Shown in pieces: positions 1-10,059 of a DNA stretch of 64,000 bases (positions are counted from its first letter, which is position 1; each line of letters starts with the position of its first letter). The DNA comes from Mizuhopecten yessoensis (Eukaryota). The notes below the pieces were generated by a model. It did no database searches and had not been told where the DNA came from. It saw only the letters and a list, made by a program, of their open reading frames with translations. A program made the translations under genes and the position numbers. The DNA lies in assembly GCF_002113885.1 (NCBI RefSeq), contig NW_018408592.1, positions 454,657-518,656 on the forward strand. The letters are read 5' to 3'.

Positions 1-22
1 CCACTGCCTGAGCTTTGTTCAT
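1..22 (-). CDS. First codons (MNKAQAV...) of a tandem paralogous carboxylesterase; gene continues off the left edge
   Basis: 1-200 aligns by eye with ~7277-7480 (catgatggc.gata.atggtct..ttctgcaaaacaaata...ctcacc...tactggat...ttgaggaacga). ATG at 22 is in the same position as ATG 7299. MNKAQAV resembles MTEIQSV. Confidence 0.7.
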
Positions 23-1181
23 GATGGCCGATATATGGTCTTCTTCTTCTGCAAAACAAATAGGAATAATGTTAGAAAGCAAATGTAACCTCACTCACCA
101 TCATAAGGCTTGAAGCTACTGGATGGTCCATAAGGTTGAATCCAATGCTTCCTGTCAATTACCAAACTCATTGTTTTGAGGAACGAAGCCTGCACTGTTT
201 AAATGTCCTTTATCGGATTTCCTTGTTATCATTTATCTGTTGTGTTAATAGTTTGTGATAATCATAAACTAACATTTGTTTACTTAAATGAAATTTCCAT
301 AAAAGATTTTTTCCATGCCCCAATCGATGTAAACCTGAATATTTCGAATGCATGTGTAAAGATCTTATAATTTTGAAAGTGTAATGATTCCAGTGTTCCT
401 TGTTTTTGTAATTTAACAGCTTTGTTACAGTCAGGGCACTTCCAAATATGACGTTTGAAAGAAAATGTAGTTCCAGCGCATATTATACAGCTATATCTAT
501 CACAATAATTACTCCTATGGAACTATAAAAGTATCGGTAAAATGTTTACTTAAAAAAAAAACATTTAACAAGAGATTAGTCATTTTTTATTGAGCATAAG
601 TAATAAAAGCGAAGCAAGGTTTGAGCTGAGGAAACGAAAAATTAGCGGGCTTATAAAAAGGCAAAACAGATGCAAAAGAATAGACTTTAGTTGCGTCAAC
701 ATAACTTTAAAACGGTCGTTTTTAAAAGGGCCTACCTTTAAGATATGGGTTACATAAAGCATGCCATCAAATAGCACACATGTTGTTGTAACTGCCATAA
801 AATATTGAAAATCAGACCTCCAGTGAATCTTTGATAGTTTTAAAAGATACCAAATTTCGCCCTTTTTCAACCTAACCCCCTCATTGTTTATATGTAGGGC
901 TTGATTGATCCAATCCTGAAATCCCCATGAAGTTATACCTTTCAGATTCCCATAGATTAAATACAGTGGACAAAATACATGTTATTTGTTTCGGAAAGAG
1001 TATTGTAAATATTTACGATATATCTAGAGTTGGGAAGGCCATCGCTTCATACAAAGAGAAAGAAAAATAGTTTAAATTGACACTTTCTGATTTTATGATC
1101 TTGCTAAAAGGAAATACATGCTACTGGAAATGTATATAAAGAACTGGTTTAGAATATTTATGGGAATGTCAATTATGATAA

Positions 1182-1332
1182 ATAGCAACAGTCACTCAAA
1201 TATGGATGTGGCATAAGGGTGAGGAACATTCAATTCCTGATGAGGGGCTAAGCCCGAAAGCTAGAACGTAGAATGACTGTTGCTATATATTTTGTTGTGC
1301 TCCCTGTAGGAAATTTGTGATAGATATTTTTT
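1182..1332 (+). mobile_element. Short retroelement insert (probable Penelope-like pLTR fragment) carrying the hammerhead
   Basis: Flanked by an 11-bp direct repeat AATTATGATAA (1171-1181 and 1333-1343). Begins with a 16-nt inverted copy of 1271-1286. Confidence 0.6.
1227..1275 (+). ncRNA. Minimal type-I hammerhead ribozyme (Penelope-type)
   Basis: CUGAUGA 1237-1243, stem II GGGC-UAA-GCCC, GAAA 1256-1259, palindromic AGCU in place of stem III, NUH = CUA (cleavage after A1263), stem I UUC/GAA extended by CAUUC/GAAUG. Confidence 0.75.
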
Positions 1333-1447
1333 AATTATGATAATTTAATATAAACTTGGTCCTAGGATGACGAATAACTGTATGATGGAGTGTCATTTAA
1401 TTTTGGTAGACTGTATCTATTACCAAATGATAAAATGACAATCACCT

Positions 1448-1474
1448 GTATGTGTGTGTGTGTGTGTGTGTGTG
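1448..1474. repeat. (TG)n microsatellite
   Basis: About 12 consecutive TG units. Confidence 0.9.
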
Positions 1475-3289
1475 TTACGTTAAGTTACAAGGTGGTAGAC
1501 TCTGCTAGTAGATTCTTTAGTCCCCAAGGTTTGCCGTAACCTTGATTGCCACAGTTATCTCTTTTGAGTCGTGGCATGGTTCATGATATACACACTTTAC
1601 AGAAACGATAAAATTTGAAGACGTATAAGACGAATATCATTTCAGAATGAACTTTTCCTATAATGCATATGAATATACATCACATATTGTGAAATATGTC
1701 CTCTGCAAACGAAATGGTTTCAAATCATCCTAGGTATCACGGAAAGCTAGTTAAAGAGGTTTTCCTGATTGCTGCTCTAATTAATTATAATAGTAGGTAT
1801 GTGGATAACTTTTAACTGCTAATGGGCTACTATATCGTGTATATTGGGGGGGAGGGGGTCATTATTAATCTCAAACAAATATACAGTGAAATACAACAGG
1901 CCAAGTATCGTTCTGATAATTATAAAAATCAAGAAAACTCCAATCTGCAAAGACAGTTCAGGATACGGCAAATGTTATGTAAGGTTAAACATATTGCAAT
2001 ATTTTACGTACCTTGACGTCATGTATGTTGAGGTACATGTAGTTAAACGTTGTTTCGATATGACACAGATACGTACTTGACTCTCCTTTATGTAAACACG
2101 GTTATCGGTGGTGGATACCTACGTTCAGGCATTTCCCCTTGTTATTGGGAATGTCTAGCTACCCATCACACGGCCGGGTGTGAGCGAGGGGGCGGGTCGT
2201 AAATATTGATAAACACGTGCACGTGGTCATCGAAAATGTTTTCTTTGTTCTTACAGTCTTTGTGTCAGAGTGTGTAGCCTTGAAATTGTCCGATAATGTG
2301 CGTTATCGTCTTTTTAAGTAGGTGACAGATAGGCAGATACGTACTTGACTCTTGACCTATTTTACTGTTCAAATCATGGACTTTTTCACTGCTAAATGTA
2401 CAACAAAACGCGGCAAGCAAACTTCAATGAGGCACATCAATTTTAAAAATGCATGATCGATGACTTTACACAATTGATATTAACTACTTGCTTTCTGCTT
2501 GTGAAATATAATTTTAACCAATGACAAAATACAGCGCTAATGAATATGATGAAGCATAAGACGCTTACCCTTTCGGAACACCAGGTCTAAATTTCATTGT
2601 ACTTTTAAAGGTATCCATGTAAATCGTTCCCTTCCTTTTTTCATGTTTTGCCGAGGTTTATCGATTTTCAGATTTAATTACGGTATTGTTGACACTTAGG
2701 TATTCTCTTTTCTCTTGTTTTTCTTCTCACAAAGATTCTTGTGATTCTCAGTACCAAATACCTTTTGAATACAAAGTATGACCGTGCCAGTAAAGAGACA
2801 TTAATTATCTTATGTTTTGATGTGGTCGAACCCTAGCCGATAGGTTTTTGCCTTGAGACGATCTTTCTGAGAAGGATTTAAGTTTGGTCATTTTTTCATT
2901 TAACTTGTACAATGCCTTTGCTAATGGATAAACTGATGAGAAATTTAACGTGGATTTGTATTACTCTTATATTTATTTGAATCGTACTGTTCTTTATAGA
3001 AAACTATTCTGAGACATGTTTCAGATCAAATTTAACATTCTTGAAACAATTTCGAACTCTTCACGGCTGCGACAGGTCAGATTCTTCAGAATACCAGCAG
3101 AAGCGATCTACACTTGCTAAGCTATACACAAGGAATTACGATAAACTAAATTCGAGCCTGTAAGAGGTCGTGCAACCTAAACATCACGAACCTTTTTACG
3201 AGTCGTGACTCAAGGAACACGTGCATTGTGCACAAGGCAGCCTTTTAAACATAACTAAATTTTAATAAACGTTCTCGATGCGACTTAGT

Positions 3290-3810
3290 TACTGTACAGT
3301 AGTAAATGTAACGAACGATTTCCTGTGGCGTCTAACTCTGCTGAGCTTATCACATATGTGAGAGGATTGTTGTCAGTCCTTGCCTCGGGTGAACTTCCGT
3401 GAAGTTGGTCATGGAACTTGTCACATAGCACCAACTTCAAGCACATGTATTCCAATTTATGGGTCGGAGAGTTTATTTCACTTTTCTTCAACCATCGATT
3501 AGTTATATACATTAAGTCGATCTTTCCCTTTTTGCCATAGGACTGCCATCAGCCCATTCAGTGATACTTCTGTATCTACAAAGCCAGCACTGGTACAGAC
3601 GTGAACATTTTGATGATTATTTTGAAGGCCTTCTCAAATCCACGGAACCATCATCTCAGTTCTTGCCGCCTTCTTGTCAATAGGTTTTCCAGATGGTAAG
3701 TCATAAAGAAGATTTTTTTAGTCATTTGCAAGCCGCCGAAAGTATCCTGTGAATCCCAGGAACGTTCTTAATGTTTCACAGAAATTGGGATAGACCATGA
3801 CGTCACCGCA
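3290..3810 (-). mobile_element. Decayed Ty3/Gypsy LTR retrotransposon pol fragment (RT connection / RNase H)
   Basis: Minus-strand frames read LRTFLGFTGYFRR, FEKAFKIIIKMFTSVPVLAF and KKSEINSPTHKLEYMCLK..DKFHDQLHG..RTDNNPLTYVISSAELDATGNR, all typical Gypsy pol motifs. Frameshifted. Confidence 0.85.
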
Positions 3811-4914
3811 TGGAAAACTTATACTTCGGAAGCATAAAAAAAAAACCTTTGTTGCGCTGAAACAACAAAATGATTTCAGCAATTGAAAGGTGATTTTTAT
3901 TTTTTAGGCATTACAGACTAGTATGGTGATCCTTTTTCAAAAGCTGATGAAGGCCCTACATCTTCTGAATGGTAGCAGAAGGTATTCCAATATGACAAAA
4001 ACCAGTCTTTACAAGAATGGTTTTAGATATGACATTAAAGAATGTCTTTATGATTGCCCGACAATGTATACCTGTTTTAAAGAATGCATTTATGTAGAAT
4101 GCATGTAGAAGAAATTCAAAAGGAATTCGGGAACAGGCGTAATGCCTATGCAAGCCCCTGGAGGGAGATACAAATTCAGACGTAGATACGAACTCCAGAC
4201 CGAGTATGTCTTCCAGGTAAGCCGCGTTAGTATTCAAAATATACACTATAATTTGTTTAATGGAATTAATAGATATATACAAATGGTACCTATAAATTTT
4301 GATTAAACGTTTTATTGCATGAATGAAGCAAACGGCAGAAAAAAATGAGAGCATTACAAAGGCCCTCTTTAATAAACACATTGACATAAATTGAGAAATA
4401 GCATAATATTAATCACAATGAATACCGTTTTACACAGAGAAAAAAAAATACATATAATCCAGTAAGGTTAAAAAGGAGGTAAAAAACAACAACATAAAAC
4501 AGGAAAAGCGAAATATGTTATAACCTAACCCCAAACCTTCGCTAGATTTGTATTACTTCCATACTTCAAAAATAAAATGAAGAAATAAAAAGAGAAAAAG
4601 AGATAGTTGGTTATATCGACAGGTTTTTATTTCAAAGTCTTATGATAAGATGTTTCTTTTCTCCAAAGATGAAGAATGAAGGTGTTTTATGTCTATCAAA
4701 ACAGTGTAGGAATTGCAATTTTAAAAGAGGAACAAAAGGTGAAGATATTGCAGTTGCAAACAAAACAAAAAATGCTGGAAAGCTATTCAATTGGAAATTT
4801 ATTTTAACTTGAAATTTATTTCCTTTGTGATGTAGACATTCCCTACCTTTAAAATAAATCAAAATTGAAATCGGGAACAATGAAAATATAGTTGATATTA
4901 TCTACATATGAATT

Positions 4915-5065
4915 GGTTACGCAGCGTAAAATGATGACGCGGTTGTGATATGATACCTCTGCATAAAGTGATGACGCGATCCTATTATGATATGGTTACG
5001 CTGCATAAATAAAGTGGTGACGCGATCCTATTGTGATATGAGAACGTTTCATAAAGTAATGACAA
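4915..5065. repeat. Degenerate ~42-bp tandem repeat, about 4 copies
   Basis: Recurring gcataaagtgatgacgcgatcctattgtgatatg. Confidence 0.7.
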
Positions 5066-5266
5066 TTTAATATTCTAGTGTGATATGGTTTCTCAGTAAT
5101 CCTATTGTTTGCATAATACAAGCTCAACATGTTTTTCACAGTAATAAAAGTAAATACACCAAACTATATGGGGGAGATTGCAGCAAATACTGAATAATGA
5201 CATTACTGAAGTACTAATATCTCAATTTGGCAGACATGTTCTTTTTCAGTGACCAAACATAGACGT

Positions 5267-7299
5267 TCATTTGAAATTATAGAGTACAAAGAGACTGCAG
5301 ATAACGACCGAGAGTTGCATGTCGAAGGACATACTGGAACTGACGCCATTTGTCTCCCGACATCGTCTCAGTTGATTAGGCACGTCTTTGTTCCAGAATT
5401 TCATCCGGTCGACCCACAGCGCGTGCCCCAAAGAATCCGTCACTGATATGTTGATATAAGACTTGTTAGACAGGGTGTATTGAGGCCATTCCAAAAGGTC
5501 AGAGTCGTTGCCATTCGGATTTCTAAAACATACATATTTATTGTAATGCAGTGATGTATTGATAAACGATTTATGTAAATTACGATTTTGGAGCAGACAA
5601 ATGCCATGCGTAGACAATATTTTTTTACATAAAGCTGTTTTTTTAGATAATTCTATTATAAACTTGTATTGACGCTTTATTTGCAAAAAAAAAGGTGTTG
5701 AGGAACTATATTGCAACTCCTTTTGTTATCTCAAAACAACGATTAACGTTATTGCTCTTACCCAGATTTGGCGAAATTTGTCCAGTAGGACATGATTCTC
5801 CTCGATATTGCCAGTTCAGTGTCGTCCTTAGGAATATCGCTAGGGTACATTTCGTTCAGACCAAATACAAAGGCGATGTCGTCACCGTGGTTTGCTCCAT
5901 GCAGCCACAGTGGTCTTGGCTCTACCAGTCCCCATCGGGGCTCGTGTGAAAACAAGTACTGGTACGTCTTAGCGTTGGTCCCAAGGTGAGCATCTAAAGA
6001 CCGGAAGGCTTGACTGTGATAGATGACGTCAGCATAGAGTTTTATGGCACGAGACGTTTGAGCGTCAAGGTCACCATTTGGTATAGGGTAGACGTACCTG
6101 TCAGCTATCGATTTGGAAATATCATCACAGTTGCCATACAGCTGTCGAACAAGAGTAGGTATGACATTGTTATTTGCAATACTAGCCGGTATTGCTACGG
6201 TGAAGTTGAACGTCGGAAACTCTCTCTGGTGACGAAGGAGATCTTTATAAAATATCCCGGCCTCCGCTGAATTAAGCCCTGTCAAAAAGTCAACATCTCG
6301 GAAAAACTTCATAGCATCACTTTCGTAGTCGGTTAATTTCGCCTCAAAGTCTTCTGAAAACAGCTCCCCGTCTATTGTAGGGCCCATAGCTGAAAGTATG
6401 GTAAAGCTGGCATCTTGCACAGCATTAAATGCTGCGTAAAATGCAATGGTTAGTTGTTCGGCGCTTTGTCGACGTAAACACTTCACGGTTGAGACCGAAG
6501 AGTCGGAGGAACAGCCAAGTTCATTCACTACCCTTGAAAATACTTTCATCGCCTCCACACCAGAATTACGGGGCCCCACACTTGATCCGCTCTGTGCGAT
6601 GACCCTCTGAAACAGACCTCTATTCTGAGGAATAATCGCTAGCATGCCAACACTGACCGCTCCCGCGGATTCGCCGAATATAGTCACTCTTGTAGTGTCG
6701 CCACCGTAATCTCCGATATTGTCTTTAACCCACTGAAGAGCTAACATTTGGTCCCAAAGTCCATAGTTGCCAGAGTTATCACCCGTGGTAAAGAAACCAA
6801 ACAAGTTCAGCCTGTAGTTGACTGTTACAACGATCACATCGCCATGAAGTGCGAGAGTTGAGCCATCGGTTTTGGATCCACTTCCGGAAATAAAACCCCC
6901 GCCGTGAAACCACACCATCACTGCACGTTTCGCTGATGCGTCTAGACTGTTGGGCACAAACACATTGAGATATAAACAATCTTCTGACACGTGAGTTCCA
7001 CTTTGCATACATGCGTCCATGTATGTTGTACAGTTGAGAATTCCACTCCATGCGTTTGGCACCTCTGGTTTTCTGAATCGAAGATCTCCTATCGGTGGTT
7101 TAGCAAAAGGTATTCCCTTGAACTGGAAACTGCTCCCATTGTCTAGCGAGACGTTGAGACCTAAGACGGGCCCGAGTCGTGTTGACCATTGGATTGTGGT
7201 GCTAGGTAGGTCACTGCTTGGTTGTGATAGTACATGGTTTCCCTGTAGCAAGAGCAAGCTGAGGACACCGTACCATCCGACTGACTGAATTTCGGTCAT
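5267..7299 (-). CDS. Type-B carboxylesterase/cholinesterase-family protein, ~597 aa, signal peptide and probable GPI anchor; exons 7299-5762 and 5522-5267
   Basis: Motifs GIPFAKPP.G.LRF, SEDCLYLNV, HGGGF oxyanion loop, GESAG (catalytic Ser), NSAE (Glu), HGDD (His), YWTNFAKSG|NPN spliced across a GT-AG phase-2 intron. Hydrophobic N- and C-termini. Confidence 0.93.
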
Positions 7300-8279
7300 G
7301 ATGGCTGATAAATGGTCTACCTCTTCTGCAAAACAAATAAGAATGTTAGAAACCAGTGGTAACCTTACTCACCGTGAGCAAGATTGATTCTACTGGATAG
7401 TTCATAATGGTTGCTTAATATACGTTGCTTCCTGTAAACTTATCATACTCATGTTTTGAGGAACGAGACCAACACTGATTTTTTTTTCTATGCCGGGTAT
7501 CCTCCTGAATATTAATCTGTCTTGAATTATATTACAGAGGAACTAGAAAATATCTAATTTTATCTTGTTCATATCCCTTTTAATAACGCCACGATTTTGT
7601 GTATTTAGGGACAATTTGTAAATGAATTTTCCGAAAATGTCATGGTGATAGCAAACTTACATAAAGTACTTCGGAAGCCTATGTGTTAGAATCTAAGTTT
7701 TCAGCAATTTTGTTTCTTGTTTAAATTATTGTATTTTACAAGCGGGACACTTTCAGACATTTATCTCAAAGGAAATCTGAGTCTAATTTTTTTTTCAAAA
7801 CGGCGAATGTAATGCTATTAATAACTTCAGATGAATAACGCAAGTACATCTAGGTATTTGGTTTTTTCAATAACTTCAATATCAAATAAGAGATCGGCCA
7901 CATTTATTGACATATTGGGGTTTAAGAAGCAGCGTCCACTGTAGAGGCTGTGAACGATTGTGAAATGCAGGTGATAAAGTAACAAGCATTAAAAGTTATT
8001 TATATGATTTTTTAATATATTTCAAGAGGATACGTCTATCGAGAGCGTACACCTTATTATCAAAAGTGGAAATAAATGTCCCTTTTCGATTAACATTACT
8101 ATATGACAAATACCGATTTAAGTTTTATTGAAATTCTCCAGGTTGATATTGTTGGTTGCAAACTTTAAGTGATTGCGGTAGCAATCAAGGATTAAAAAAA
8201 ATATAAGAGGTAACTAATGTTGGGAAACCCTTGTAGAATTTGGGATTTGATTTTGTATTCTTGATTTTGACGACCTCAA

Positions 8280-8458
8280 TGGCAAGCCAAGTTGTCATTT
8301 ATGCACGGAGCAGTGTTGATCCAGTATTTAACCAAATTATATAAGATATCTTATTTAATTATATAAGATATCTTATATACTTTATGAGATATCTTATATA
8401 ATTTGGTTAAGTACTGGATCAACATTGCTCCATGAATAAATGACAACTTGGCTTGCCA
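8280..8458. mobile_element. Palindromic MITE with long TIRs (TGGCAAGCCAAGTTGTCATTTAT...)
   Basis: About 70-bp near-perfect inverted repeats around an internal tataagatatct repeat; TA on the right flank. Confidence 0.85.
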
Positions 8459-8519
8459 TAGACCACAATAAATCTGCTGCACTCATTGTCTGTTTTGCCT
8501 TCGTGTTTAACATTCGCCC

Positions 8520-8840
8520 AATCGGGGAAGGCATCGGGTTCTGTTCCCTGGCCGAGATTTACCAACGTCTTTAAAATTGGTAGTTGTTTATCATCGTAAA
8601 CGTTCACCATTTAGGGTAATCGCAAATCGTTAGTATAATGTGACCGGGTGGAATGCCGTGTTGGGTGCCTTCGGCATGGTGTTTCATTGAGAGAGCACTC
8701 TGAAGTCAGCATCAGATCCGCGCTATTGCAGTACACAATTACACCAACATATCGCCTCCAGCACACACTACACACATGGAGGGGTCCCTTAGATGACCTT
8801 ACCTGTTAATAGCTCGATATACGCAATAAACCAACCAACA
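8520..8840 (+). mobile_element. tRNA-derived SINE (mollusc Meta/MESC-like core)
   Basis: Degenerate B-box gggttctgttccc, core ...taaaattggtagttg...agtataatgtgaccgggtgg...ggcatggtgtttca..., (aacc)n-like tail. Homologous to 12765-13070. Confidence 0.7.
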
Positions 8841-9271
8841 CATAAACCCATGTAGCAGATGTGCGAATGACTCTCTACTATGTCTAGTCGGAAGTACGAT
8901 AGTGGTGCTAGTTTGTGTATGCATCTTAGCTTTTGTTGATGATACATTGTGCATATGTTCACTATTCTGATGGGTTAACTGAAGTGAGTGTATCGAGGGA
9001 GGGGGTTATCATTCTACTCAAACAAAGGTGCGGTGAAATATTGCAAACCAAATGTAGATCCAATATTTACAATATCAAGTAAACTCAAATCTGCAAAAGC
9101 AGTATAGGACATGGCTAATGCCGTGTAAGGTTAAAAAGACATACATATTGTAATGAAATTTTACGTACCTTGATCAAATGTGCGGTGAGCTATATGTGGT
9201 TAAACGTTGTAATCCAACAGCACACTTATGTTTACCTTCTAACGCAAACACGGATTTGGTAGTGGATGTTG

Positions 9272-9494
9272 ACCTGGGGCCTGTTCGTTTATGCGGAACA
9301 ACCGGTTTGACTGTTTATAAATGTAACAATTTCGGGTATAAATCCTGGCGGACCTGCAAATGTGTATGCAGGCCTTGCAAGGCTTTCTCAAGGCTCGCCT
9401 GAAAGCAGCATCAGATTACTAGGTCCGACCTTATTTAATAAACGAACAACAGTGGTCCGATCGGTTTGACCGTTTAAACGAAAACGGCCCAGGT
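9272..9494. mobile_element. MITE, possibly PIF/Harbinger-like
   Basis: Imperfect TIRs acctggggcctgttcgttta / taaacgaaaacggcccaggt. Not present at the paralogous position (~2118). A partial second copy lies at ~13950-14070. Confidence 0.6.
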
Positions 9495-10059
9495 TAATTC
9501 ATTGAGAAAGTCGAGCGTGACGTTACGCTACTGACTGTAAGGAAGGGTGTGGCTATATATATATTGATAGACACCTGGTCTGATGAACATATTTTTCTTC
9601 GTCCTACTATCTTTGTATCAGTTTGTCTCGTCTCTGTCCCGTATGTCATTTAATTTATGCGGTATTTCAATTAAATTGTGTGCGTTGTCGTCTTTTTAGG
9701 TAGGTGACATGGATATGCTTCGTTTAATAGCTCTCAAGAGCTCTCAATATTATATATTAAAAGCATAAGCTTTGATGTATAAAGAGCGATTTACACAAGA
9801 ATTAGAGATGAGTGAAAAGTTAAAAGTCTTTCATGTTTCTTATAACTAGCATATTTATACATAGTGTGAATAAGTCAGATTTTATATGATGATTATCAAG
9901 TATTTTCTTCTTAATTTGAGGATAAAAGGTTGTTATTTACGTTCCTCGACCTGCTAGGAGCTTCAATAACATATACATGTATATACTCATGTACGTAAGA
10001 GCTATATGCAAATTGATGTGTGAAATGTAAAGGTAAACTATGAATAACAATAAACATAT

